Shown here: in pieces, positions 46,220 to 55,490 of the stretch | Position numbering within the stretch: position 1 is the first letter of the stretch | How the letters are laid out: each line of letters opens with the position of its first letter | From: an uncultured Planctomycetales bacterium | GTDB lineage: Bacteria; Omnitrophota; Gorgyraeia; Zapsychrales; Zapsychraceae | Direction of reading: 5' to 3' | DNA length: 64,000 bases | Assembly: GCA_964535935.1 (NCBI GenBank) | Contig: CAZHWM010000007.1 | Span: 37,708-101,707 of the forward strand | Notes under the pieces: model-generated | Seen by the model: the letters and a program-made list of their open reading frames with translations, nothing else | The model's database searches: none | Told to the model about the DNA's origin: nothing | Program-made: the position numbers and the translations under genes

Positions 46220-47065
46220 TTAGGCTACAGTATACTCTATTATATTCATAATCCTATTTTTCAAATCTTTTCTTTCTACAATCATATCAATCAACCCATG
46301 TGAAAGCAAAAATTCAGACCGCTGAAAACCCTCAGGCAACTTTTGCCTTATAGTCTGTTCTATAACACGTGGTCCTGTAAAACCAATCAATGCCTTAGGC
46401 TCTGCTATAATAACATCACCTATACCAGCAAAGGAGGCCATTATCCCTGCCATAGTAGGATTTGTTAACAAAGAGATATGCAGCAACCCTGCTTCATGAT
46501 GCCGAGCAAGAGCTGCACAAGTTTTTGCCATCTGCATAAGAGAAAAAACACCTTCATACATCCTTGCTCCGCCACCAGAACCTGAAACAATAATAGCAGG
46601 CAACCTATTAGCGGTTGCGAATTCTATTGCTCGTGTAATCCTTTCACCAACTACAGATCCCATAGAGCCCATAATAAAACGAGAATCAGTAACCCCTATT
46701 ACTACCTGCCGCTTACCTATCTTTGCATGCCCTGTAATCACTGCATCCGTTAACCCTGTAGCCCTTTGATCTGCCGTCAACTTAGCCTTATATGTCTTAG
46801 GCCCCTTAAACCTCAAGGGATCTGTAGATATAACCCCACTATCCATCTCCTGAAAACTGTCCGTGTCAATAAGCAAATCTATCCTTTCCTTTGCTGTTAA
46901 AGGAAAATGATATCTACATTTAGGACATACCCTAAAATTTTGTTCAAGTTCTTTTCTATAATTTGTAGTCCCACACTCCGGACATTTTACCCATAACCCT
47001 GCGGGAATATCTTTTTTTTTCTTTATATTTATAAAAGGATATTTCTTCCTGCCTAGTAGCGACAT
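46220..47065 (-). CDS. accD: Acetyl-CoA carboxylase carboxyltransferase beta subunit
   Basis: 281 aa. N-terminal zinc ribbon CPECGTTNYRKELEQNFRVCPKC and the carboxyltransferase core (MGSMGSVVGE, SGGARM). Confidence 0.93.
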   Translation of the reverse strand: MSLLGRKKYPFINIKKKKDIPAGLWVKCPECGTTNYRKELEQNFRVCPKCRYHFPLTAKERIDLLIDTDSFQEMDSGVISTDPLRFKGPKTYKAKLTADQRATGLTDAVITGHAKIGKRQVVIGVTDSRFIMGSMGSVVGERITRAIEFATANRLPAIIVSGSGGGARMYEGVFSLMQMAKTCAALARHHEAGLLHISLLTNPTMAGIMASFAGIGDVIIAEPKALIGFTGPRVIEQTIRQKLPEGFQRSEFLLSHGLIDMIVERKDLKNRIMNIIEYTVA

Positions 47066-47193
47066 AATGGTAAAATTATATTGTATTTTATCCCTATAAA
47101 AATTATTAATCTAATTCATAGATTTTATAAAAACAGTAATTAAATATATATTTTATATATCAATACTAGATACGTCAATAATAGAATAAAATA

Positions 47194-48456
47194 TTACATT
47201 TTATATATGGTAAGCCCTGACAACACCTTTGGATAGAAATAAGTAGTCTTCGGGGGCATCCTTTCACCATTAAGAGCTATAGCCTTTAATTGAGGAATTT
47301 TCACAGGATTCATAATAAAACAAACATCGGCCTCTCCATTATCTACCATAGCTGATGCCTTGTCTATATCCTCAGTGTAAACAACATTATCAGAAGTAAC
47401 TCCAATACGATCTAAAACAAAATACTTCAATATTGTGGCATCAAGGCTCTTATAATCAGTCGATCCTTCTTTTACATATTCGTTTATTAACATCTTATTT
47501 TTCAACCGCAACAACCTAATACCTTCTCTTGAATATAAACCAAATGCATGCTCATTCCGACCTGCCCTTGCAAGCATGATAACCAAATCATTTTTAGTCT
47601 TAATCTTATCTATCCTAAACACCTCATCCAAGAAATCTAATCTATTAGGAAGCCTTTTAATGAGCCTATGAATTGGAAATATCTGTAGGTCCTTAGAATC
47701 TATATTAGTAAAATATGTCATAACATAATTAAAAGGCTCCTCTCCTGTAAAGGTCTTCCTCCTTATCATTTTCATCTGTCTATAAGCCATCGCAACCTTG
47801 TATCGATGATGACCATCAGCAATAAACAAATGCTGATCTGCTATAGTATTATTCATCTCAGCTACCAACGTTTCATCATCCAGTCGCCATAATACATGAC
47901 GGATATTTTCACTGTCTATTATATCAAAAAGAGGGGGATTAGTTATCACATCCCTTGTAAAAATCTTTTCAATCTTCTTCTGTTTATCAGAATAACATAC
48001 AAATATACAACTTAAATTGGCATTAAGGCTCTGCCATAATTTTAACCTATCTTCTACCGCAGCACTATGTGTATTCTCATGAGGGAACACTTTAGACTCC
48101 TCTTCATCCTGCAACTGCATAAGAGAAATAAACCCCATACGTTTACGTCTCTGACCTAAAAAAGTATATTCTTGTTTATAAAAATATATCCCTGCTCGTT
48201 CATCCTGGGTCAAAACACCTTTTTCCATCCACTGAAGATATGTGCTCTTTGCTCTAGTATATTTATTATTAACTTTATCATCCCCCTTTTTATCCTTTCC
48301 AAGAAGAATATGGATAAAATTATATGGACTCATATTACGAAATACTGCTGCATCTTCTTCAGAGATTACGTCATAAGGAGGACATACCACCTTTGATAAA
48401 TCTTTAATCTTTTTTAAATTGTAAGTTACTGCTTTAAAAGGTTTTATCTTAGACAT
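47194..48456 (-). CDS. DUF1015 family protein
   Basis: 420 aa. IKPFKAV...VVCPPYDVIS and LFIADGHHRY match my recollection of the DUF1015 family. Function unknown. Confidence 0.75.
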   Translation of the reverse strand: MSKIKPFKAVTYNLKKIKDLSKVVCPPYDVISEEDAAVFRNMSPYNFIHILLGKDKKGDDKVNNKYTRAKSTYLQWMEKGVLTQDERAGIYFYKQEYTFLGQRRKRMGFISLMQLQDEEESKVFPHENTHSAAVEDRLKLWQSLNANLSCIFVCYSDKQKKIEKIFTRDVITNPPLFDIIDSENIRHVLWRLDDETLVAEMNNTIADQHLFIADGHHRYKVAMAYRQMKMIRRKTFTGEEPFNYVMTYFTNIDSKDLQIFPIHRLIKRLPNRLDFLDEVFRIDKIKTKNDLVIMLARAGRNEHAFGLYSREGIRLLRLKNKMLINEYVKEGSTDYKSLDATILKYFVLDRIGVTSDNVVYTEDIDKASAMVDNGEADVCFIMNPVKIPQLKAIALNGERMPPKTTYFYPKVLSGLTIYKM

Positions 48457-48494
48457 AATACCTCTTTTACCATTTAATAAGAAAAATATATAAT

Positions 48495-48917
48495 TTATCT
48501 CTCTAAACTATCATTAAATTTTTTATTTTTTATCCACCTATAATATAAATATACTCCTAATATACTACCCACCAAATCTGCTAAAAGATCAAAAAAAGAA
48601 GAATCTCTCCCTGCTACAAAAGACTGATGGAATTCATCACTTATTCCATAAACAAAACACAATATTATTGTCCACAAACAAACACGCTGTAAACATACCC
48701 TTTTTATAGTATTATAAAAAGCCCGACTGACCAATATCCCTAATAGCATATACTCCATAATATGGACAACCTTATCAGAATTCATCCCACTTAGTGGAAC
48801 AGAGAGATGTGGGATAGATGATATATAAAAGATAATACCAGAATAAAGCGCTGGAGGAAACCAAAACTTTAATATTTTTAACATGCGCATAAAACTAAAC
48901 ACCTTATGACAAAGCAC
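48495..48917 (-). CDS. VanZ-like membrane protein
   Basis: 140 aa with four TM segments. DKVVHIMEY and SDEFHQSFVAGRDSSFFDLLADLVGSILG are VanZ-like. The start is probably an internal Met. Confidence 0.7.
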   Translation of the reverse strand: MLCHKVFSFMRMLKILKFWFPPALYSGIIFYISSIPHLSVPLSGMNSDKVVHIMEYMLLGILVSRAFYNTIKRVCLQRVCLWTIILCFVYGISDEFHQSFVAGRDSSFFDLLADLVGSILGVYLYYRWIKNKKFNDSLER

Positions 48918-49004
48918 ATAGCTATAAAAATAGTTGCCCTTCTTTTAATTATTTAAATAATCAATTATAAATAAAATCCCTCATACAGACCTTAATTTAA
49001 CTTT

Positions 49005-49044
49005 TATAAAAAATCCTCTTCCCTAACATACTACTAGGGAAGAG
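49005..49044 (-). terminator. Rho-independent terminator after the FmdB-like gene
   Basis: Minus strand reads CCUCUUCCCUA-GUAGUAUGU-UAGGGAAGAGG (11-bp perfect stem) followed by AUUUUUUAU. Confidence 0.7.
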
Positions 49045-49081
49045 GCAAAGACAAATGCTACTTCACTAAAAATTCTACTAC

Positions 49082-49369
49082 CTATTCCCCACCTGAACAA
49101 GCACAGCAACAATCACTACATGTATCTGTTGATGCAGACCGAGTCTTCTTATTATTAGAAGAACCTCCTACTTTTGAGACCTTAGTGTTTTTATAATCTG
49201 TTTCATAAAAACCAGAACCTTTAAAAATAATACTACTACCACTACCAATCAAACGAGACAGCCTCATTTTACCGCATTCCGGACATTTTCTTAATTTTTT
49301 ATCTGTCATTGATTGAAAAAGCTCAAATGTATGCCCGCAGGCAGCACATTCATATTGATATGTAGGCAT
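49082..49369 (-). CDS. FmdB-family zinc-ribbon protein
   Basis: 95 aa. MPTYQYECAACGHTFELFQSMTDKKLRKCPECG is the canonical FmdB/CxxC-CxxC ribbon. It has a Cys-rich tail CSDCCCAC. Confidence 0.8.
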   Translation of the reverse strand: MPTYQYECAACGHTFELFQSMTDKKLRKCPECGKMRLSRLIGSGSSIIFKGSGFYETDYKNTKVSKVGGSSNNKKTRSASTDTCSDCCCACSGGE

Positions 49370-49508
49370 TTTCCCCTCCTTAAGTTATCTTTAAATCTTT
49401 TCAACTTATTCCATTATGACTACTCAAATTATATCTACTAACCCTAGTAGTATATATATTCCATAAAACCACTCTATAACAGGCTATCTAAACCACTCCA
49501 TATAACTT

Positions 49509-50657
49509 CTACCCAAAAACCTTTTTCAACTTTTCCTTAAACGAATCTTCTTTTGAAGATACATCCTCCCCACTAACAGCAGCAAACTCTTCTAATATCC
49601 TACGCTGTTCTGAGGTAAGTCTTTTGGGAACCTGTATCATTACCTTAACATATTGATCTCCTTTTACCCCTCCGTGAAGATCTGGCATCCCCTTTCCTCT
49701 AAGTCTAAATATTTTCCCACTCTGAGTACCTGCTGGGATCTTCATACTCACCCTACCATCAAGAGTAGGCACATATACCTCTCCTCCCAAAGCTGCCTTT
49801 ACAAAACTAACATCTACCTGACAATAGATATCCTTGCCCTCTCTCTTAAAAAAACTATGGGGTAATACATGTATATAAAGATATAAATCTCCTGCGCCTG
49901 CTGCTCCAACTTCACCTTCATTTCTAATTCTCAAACGGGAATTATTATCAACCCCAGCTGGAATAGTTACCTCAATATTCCTTACTGCACGAACATATCC
50001 CTTGCCATTACATATAGGACAATACTCTGTTATTACAGTTCCTCTACCCGCACAATCAGGACAGGTCTGCTGCATACGGAAAAATCCACTTGCCATCATA
50101 ACCACACCCCTACCACCACAAGTAGCACATGTCTTCATTTTAGAACCAGCCTTTGCTCCTGAGCCATTGCAAGCAGAACAATATTCATTTCTAGGAATCT
50201 TTATCTTTTTCCTAACTCCTTTAAACGACTCTTCTAAACTAATCTCTATCTCATACTGGATATTCCTTCCTCTTCTCTTATGCGTCGAACTGCCTGCCCT
50301 TGCCTCAGCACCGAAAAAATCAAATCCGCCCCCTCCAAAAAAAGAACCAAAAATATCTCCCAGACCTACCTCCTCAAATATACTACCAAAATCAGCCCCC
50401 TTAAAAATATCCTCTGTAGTAAATCTCTGATCTATACCTGCGTGACCATACTGATCATACATAGCACGCTTCTTTGCGTCTGATAATACACCATATGCCT
50501 CTGATATCTCCTTAAACTTTTCCTCTGCTTGTTTTTTCTCTGACTCAGGGACACGATCCGGATGATACTTCAAAGCAAGAGATCTATATGCCTTTTTAAT
50601 CTCTTGAAGCGTTGCATTTTTATTAACACCCAATATTTCATAATAGTCTCTCTTCAT
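49509..50657 (-). CDS. dnaJ: Chaperone DnaJ
   Basis: 382 aa. J domain (DYYEILGV...KYHPDR), G/F region and four CxxCxGxG zinc-finger repeats. Confidence 0.97.
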   Translation of the reverse strand: MKRDYYEILGVNKNATLQEIKKAYRSLALKYHPDRVPESEKKQAEEKFKEISEAYGVLSDAKKRAMYDQYGHAGIDQRFTTEDIFKGADFGSIFEEVGLGDIFGSFFGGGGFDFFGAEARAGSSTHKRRGRNIQYEIEISLEESFKGVRKKIKIPRNEYCSACNGSGAKAGSKMKTCATCGGRGVVMMASGFFRMQQTCPDCAGRGTVITEYCPICNGKGYVRAVRNIEVTIPAGVDNNSRLRIRNEGEVGAAGAGDLYLYIHVLPHSFFKREGKDIYCQVDVSFVKAALGGEVYVPTLDGRVSMKIPAGTQSGKIFRLRGKGMPDLHGGVKGDQYVKVMIQVPKRLTSEQRRILEEFAAVSGEDVSSKEDSFKEKLKKVFG

Positions 50658-50907
50658 AATTACCTCTTAAAAATAAAATAATAATATAAACTTACCATTA
50701 AAATAACTATCTATTCCAATATTTCCCACAACATACAACACTTAACCTATTTTAATAATCTCAATTATAAAAACCTAATCTCATAAAAACGGAAGGCAAG
50801 GCTAAGAAGTTAAGATACTAGGTAAAATAAGAAACATCTCAACATCTATGGCCCTGCCTTGCACTCTATACTATTCTTACAATAAGTGCAAACACTTTCA
50901 ACAAACT

Positions 50908-52878
50908 TTACTTTTCATCTTCCGCCTTAAAATCAGCATCTATAACCTCATCAGCGTTATTACTATTCCCTCCGGTAGCTGAACTATCAGATCCTCCCCC
51001 TGTAGCTGTCTCAGCAGAAGACATTTTCGAGGCATTCTGCTGATTCCCTGACGAAGCCGTCCCAGCAGAAGATGAACCTGCGCCCGCTGCCTGCTGTGCA
51101 GCAGTAGACTTATATACCTCCTCTGCTAACTTATGACTTGCCTTCTGCAGAGAATCCATTCCAGCCTTTATCCTTGATTGATCTTTAGCCTTAATAGCCT
51201 CTTTAAGATTATTTAGTTCCTTCTCTATATTAGCCTTTTCATCTGCAGATATCTTATCTCCATAATCTTTAAGGGATTTCTCTGTTGCATACACAAGACT
51301 ATTAGCCTGATTGAGCAATTCTACTTCCTCCCTACGTTTTCTATCCTCTTCTGCATATTTCTCTGCTTCCTTAACCATCCTATCTATCTCATCTTTTGAC
51401 AATTTAGTCGGAGCTGTTATACGGATAGACTGTTCTTTTCCTGTCCCCTTATCTTTAGCAGAAACATGAACAATACCGTCACGGTCTATATCAAAGGTTA
51501 CCTCTATCTGAGGCACTCCTCTGGGTGCAGGAGGAATCCCAACCAAATCAAAACGACCGAGTTCTGTATTATCATTCGCCATCTGGCGCTCACCTTGTAA
51601 AACCCTAATAGTAACTGCTGATTGATTATCCTCCGCTGTTGAAAATACCTGACTCTTTTTAACTGGAATAGTGGTATTCCTTTCTATTAATTTAGTAAAC
51701 ACTCCTCCTAAAGTTTCAATACCTAAAGAAAGTGGAGTAACATCTAACAAAAGAACCTCTTTGGCTTCACCTTTAATTATACCGCATTGGATAGCAGCAC
51801 CAAGTGCAACGCACTCCATAGGATCAATCCCACGTTCTATCTTCTGACCGACCTCCTTTTCTACAAACTGCTGAACAATTGGCATTCTAGTCGGTCCACC
51901 TACAAGAATAACTCTATCTATCTTTATATCTTCCCCCAATTTCGATGAGGCATCCTTCATTGCTTGCACTATCGGTCCACGACATCTCTCTACTATAGGA
52001 GCAACTAAAGCCTCCAATTTAGCCCTGTCTATCGTCATAGTAAGATGCTTTGGTCCACTGGCATCAGCAGTAATAAACGGCAAATTTATCTCTGTCGAGA
52101 CAGTACTTGAAAGTTCTACCTTAGCCTTTTCTGCTGCCTCTCTTAACCTCTGAAACGCCATTTTATCATTCTTTAAATCTATCCCAGACTCTTTTTTAAA
52201 CTCCTCTATAATATAATCTATCAAGGCATTATCCATATCTGTCCCGCCTAAATGATTATCTCCACTGGTAGCCAAAACCTCAAAGGTAGCTGCCTTATGT
52301 TCCTCATCCCATCCCATCTCAAGAATAGTAACATCCAGGGTACCACCACCAAAATCAAAAACCATAATCTTCTGTTCTTTTCCTGCCTTGTCAAGTCCAT
52401 AAGCAAGACATGCTGCTGTGGGTTCATTGATAATCCTTAACACCTTAAGACCAGCTATCTCTCCTGCATCTTTTGTTGCCTGCCTCTGGTTGTCATTAAA
52501 ATATGCAGGTACAGTAATAACAGCCTCATCAACTGTCTCGCCAAGATATTTCTCAGCATCAGCCTTTATCTTTTGTAATATAAACGCACTTATTTGCTGC
52601 GGGGTAAACTCCTTATCCCATACCTTAAAAATATGGTTTGTCCCCATCTTCCTTTTAGCAGCATATATAGTACCTTCTGGATTAATTGGGGCTTGCCTTC
52701 TTGCAGGTTCACCAACGAGCCTCTGCCCATCCTTCGTAAAAGCGACAAAAGAAGGGAATGCCTTGCCAGAGGCAACACCTGCACCCTCTGCTGAAGGAAT
52801 AATAGTAGGCCTTCCTCCTTCCATAACAGCAGCAGCTGAATTTGAAGTTCCTAAATCAATACCTATTGCTCTGCCCAT
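50908..52878 (-). CDS. dnaK: Chaperone DnaK (Hsp70)
   Basis: 656 aa. [28 protein letters not shown]. Low-complexity G/S/A-rich C-terminus. Confidence 0.98.
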   Translation of the reverse strand: MGRAIGIDLGTSNSAAAVMEGGRPTIIPSAEGAGVASGKAFPSFVAFTKDGQRLVGEPARRQAPINPEGTIYAAKRKMGTNHIFKVWDKEFTPQQISAFILQKIKADAEKYLGETVDEAVITVPAYFNDNQRQATKDAGEIAGLKVLRIINEPTAACLAYGLDKAGKEQKIMVFDFGGGTLDVTILEMGWDEEHKAATFEVLATSGDNHLGGTDMDNALIDYIIEEFKKESGIDLKNDKMAFQRLREAAEKAKVELSSTVSTEINLPFITADASGPKHLTMTIDRAKLEALVAPIVERCRGPIVQAMKDASSKLGEDIKIDRVILVGGPTRMPIVQQFVEKEVGQKIERGIDPMECVALGAAIQCGIIKGEAKEVLLLDVTPLSLGIETLGGVFTKLIERNTTIPVKKSQVFSTAEDNQSAVTIRVLQGERQMANDNTELGRFDLVGIPPAPRGVPQIEVTFDIDRDGIVHVSAKDKGTGKEQSIRITAPTKLSKDEIDRMVKEAEKYAEEDRKRREEVELLNQANSLVYATEKSLKDYGDKISADEKANIEKELNNLKEAIKAKDQSRIKAGMDSLQKASHKLAEEVYKSTAAQQAAGAGSSSAGTASSGNQQNASKMSSAETATGGGSDSSATGGNSNNADEVIDADFKAEDEK

Positions 52879-52920
52879 CGTAAATCACCTCCTCTTCACT
52901 AAAAAATATTAAACTGCCTT

Positions 52921-53580
52921 CTATGCATCCGTCTGATTTCCCTCTTTAGAAAGATCATCCCCAGTGTTTTGGGCATTATCCTTCTGGATTTTTTTTGCAA
53001 TCTTAACCTTAGCTGTACGCAATACCCTATCATTAAAGTAGTATCCTTTCTGAAATTCATCCATCACAACTCCATCATCAAACTCATCCGTCTCTTCTTG
53101 CATCAATATCTCATGGCAATGAGGATCAAAACTCTTACCTCTTGCCTCAATCGGTTTCACACCATGTTTTGATAATACTTCTCTTGCTTGAGAAAGTACC
53201 ATATTAATCCCCTCTAACAAACCATCTATATCAGGAGACTCTTTGTTTACAGAATCCAAAGATCGTTCCAGATTATCTATAATAGCCAGTAATTCCAATA
53301 AAATTCCCTCATTGGCATACTTAATAAACTCCTGTTTTTCCCTCTCCATCCTCTTACGTGCATTATCAAACTCTGCGCATAAACGAATATATTTATCCTT
53401 ATACTCGTCAAGCTCCTCTAACACCTGTTTTAACCTTTCCTCTTTATTATCATCTTTATGGCTCTTATCATCCTTATTTTTTACCCTATCCTGTGGCTGC
53501 TTTGCTTCAGTAGTAAATTCACTAACCTTTTGTTCTTTCTCATAGTCCGTATCCTTTTTATCTCTACCCCTTACCTTCAT
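52921..53580 (-). CDS. grpE: Nucleotide exchange factor GrpE
   Basis: 219 aa. Charged N-terminus, coiled coil (YIRLCAEFDNARKRMEREK), and a C-terminal beta-domain (FDPHCHEILMQEE...GYYFNDRVLRTAKV). Confidence 0.93.
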   Translation of the reverse strand: MKVRGRDKKDTDYEKEQKVSEFTTEAKQPQDRVKNKDDKSHKDDNKEERLKQVLEELDEYKDKYIRLCAEFDNARKRMEREKQEFIKYANEGILLELLAIIDNLERSLDSVNKESPDIDGLLEGINMVLSQAREVLSKHGVKPIEARGKSFDPHCHEILMQEETDEFDDGVVMDEFQKGYYFNDRVLRTAKVKIAKKIQKDNAQNTGDDLSKEGNQTDA

Positions 53581-53628
53581 CTCACACCCCTTTTTAAATA
53601 TATATTAATAATAAATAATAATTATTAT

Positions 53629-54369
53629 TTATAAAATTCTTTCCAACAACTCTGAAAGATAATTCAATGTCGAAACAACCCTCTCATAATCCATACGCGT
53701 AGGACCAAGCACAGCAATCCGCCCCTTCGGCCCTCTTTTGGGCTCATATCTAGAAACTACTAATGAACAACTACTATTAATATCAGAACAAGCTATCTCG
53801 CTACCAATAAAAATCTCTAATTTATTAACAAGATCCTGATTAATTACTTCTAACAATCGTTGCTTCTCATCTAATGCATTTAATATCTGGGCTATTTTTT
53901 TAATATCATTATAATCAGGATAATTAACTACAAAACTGGTCCCTTGACAAAACAATTTATTCTGCCATCCCTCAACAGAAACAATACTTGTATAATGTGT
54001 TGTCTCCGCTAAAACTCGAGATGTTTTCTCAAGAAGAGCCTCCAACTCCATACTTTCACGTTCATACTCAGCTTTAATCCGCTCCTTCTCCTCCTCAAGC
54101 AATTGAATTTCGTTCATCAAATTATCCACATAATAACGATACCCTTTCTGTGTAGGCACACGACCTGCTGAAGTATGCGGATGAGTAAGATACCCCTCCT
54201 GCTCAAGCTCAGCCAAAATATTTCTAATTGTAGCCGAACTCAATCCTTCAAAAAACTGTTTAGTAATATAATTAGAACTTACTGGACTAACCGTCTTAAT
54301 ATACTGTTCTATAACAATACTTAACACCCTATCTTTTCTTGCCTGCATATCAACCCACCTTGCAGACAT
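53629..54369 (-). CDS. hrcA: Heat-inducible transcription repressor HrcA (short form, 246 aa)
   Basis: Winged-helix N-terminus (RKDRVLSIVIEQYIKTVSPVSSNYI...GYLTHPHTSAGRVPTQKGYRYYVDNLM) and a C-terminal GRIAVLGPTRMDYERV motif. It heads the hrcA-grpE-dnaK unit behind a CIRCE. Confidence 0.88.
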   Translation of the reverse strand: MSARWVDMQARKDRVLSIVIEQYIKTVSPVSSNYITKQFFEGLSSATIRNILAELEQEGYLTHPHTSAGRVPTQKGYRYYVDNLMNEIQLLEEEKERIKAEYERESMELEALLEKTSRVLAETTHYTSIVSVEGWQNKLFCQGTSFVVNYPDYNDIKKIAQILNALDEKQRLLEVINQDLVNKLEIFIGSEIACSDINSSCSLVVSRYEPKRGPKGRIAVLGPTRMDYERVVSTLNYLSELLERIL

Positions 54370-54412
54370 ATCTCAGCTCCTTCTTTCCTTTATTTTTAAA
54401 TTTTTACATTAA

Positions 54413-54439
54413 TTAGCACTCTTGACCTAAGAATGCTAA
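54413..54439. promoter_or_regulatory. CIRCE operator (HrcA binding site)
   Basis: TTAGCACTC-ttgacctaa-GAATGCTAA. This has one mismatch to the consensus TTAGCACTC-N9-GAGTGCTAA. It lies immediately downstream of the promoter -10 and 44 nt upstream of the hrcA ATG. Confidence 0.85.
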
Positions 54440-54445
54440 AAATGT

Positions 54446-54473
54446 ATTATAACAGAAAAAAATCCCTTGTCAA
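54446..54473 (-). promoter_or_regulatory. Sigma70 promoter of hrcA-grpE-dnaK
   Basis: Minus strand reads TTGACA (54473..54468), a 16-nt spacer, then TATAAT (54451..54446). Both hexamers are perfect consensus. Confidence 0.7.
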
Positions 54474-54495
54474 TTGCATAAACATAGAAACAAAT

Positions 54496-55185
54496 CTATT
54501 CTTTTAATTTCCATTTTAACCTTTTGACAATTGTCAACATCTTCTGACAATAATCTTCTATCGAGGCCACATCACTATAAAGAAAGCGGAGGTTTGGTAA
54601 AAATGGGGCCTCAAATGGATAAAAATCCATTATCAACTCACTTTCTTCTATCCTTAAAGAAACAAATGGATATCCCGGACCTTTAGTATTTTTAAACTCC
54701 GAAAATATACGTACAATCTTATCGTCATTCAAAATTTGTTGAACCAACTTCATATTATTAGTAGTAACATCAAATAAAGATAATTCTTTTGGCATCTTAA
54801 AATGTAGCTGTCGTCTATGCAATTTACTATCCATACCTGTTGATTCCAAAATACTACTATGTCTGACTAAGTCTCCTGTCTTTTCTATAAAACTCATATT
54901 AAACTTTCCTGGCATTAAGACTTTAAGTCGTGCTCTATACACATTTCCCCTAAATCCATGTTCCTCTATATCCTCAAATACAAATTCTTCTTCGTCAAAA
55001 TTAAAAACTATCCTAAAACAATTTTCCTGATCTTCAATAGGTTGAAAACTGCTTCCCACAAAATCCTCAAATTGTTTTAAAAACTCCTCCCTTGTCTTTC
55101 CCTTCGATTGAAGTTGACTACATACAAATAAAATTCCTCCTATAAAGACCAAGATAACAAATAAAAGATATGGCGTCATTACCAT
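54496..55185 (-). CDS. Hypothetical membrane-anchored protein
   Basis: 229 aa. One N-terminal TM (PYLLFVILVFIGGILFV) and an acidic soluble domain. I recognise no motif. Confidence 0.5.
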   Translation of the reverse strand: MVMTPYLLFVILVFIGGILFVCSQLQSKGKTREEFLKQFEDFVGSSFQPIEDQENCFRIVFNFDEEEFVFEDIEEHGFRGNVYRARLKVLMPGKFNMSFIEKTGDLVRHSSILESTGMDSKLHRRQLHFKMPKELSLFDVTTNNMKLVQQILNDDKIVRIFSEFKNTKGPGYPFVSLRIEESELIMDFYPFEAPFLPNLRFLYSDVASIEDYCQKMLTIVKRLKWKLKE

Positions 55186-55490
55186 CCTCCTGGCATGTAG
55201 AAGCCTATTGCCTTAACAGGTTAAAATTACAATGATTTTTCCTCTTCATTAATCAATTGGGCATTCATACTTTCCAATTAATATAAGTAATTATAATAAT
55301 TTATTGATAAAAACAAGGAAAAGATGACATGGTATAACTGATACATAACTTTTTTATCTATTAGATGGTATTAATTTTAACCCTAAATATCAAAGAACCT
55401 TTTTTGCAGATAATCTCCTCTATTACATTTGTTAAAAAATCAATTCAAAAACACTTTTTACATAGAAATCTATATACTCAAAAACTCTAG

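Noticed and set aside
52418-52912. 164-aa plus-strand ORF, plus several smaller ones, antisense to dnaK.
   Set aside because: Long antisense frames in hsp70 genes are a known compositional artefact. There are no expression signals and the sequence overlaps the highly conserved DnaK N-terminus.
55186-55490. 305-bp spacer after clpB, checked for sRNA or small ORFs (for example a 22-codon ATG ORF).
   Set aside because: There is no promoter/terminator pair or RBS, and the mini-ORFs look random.
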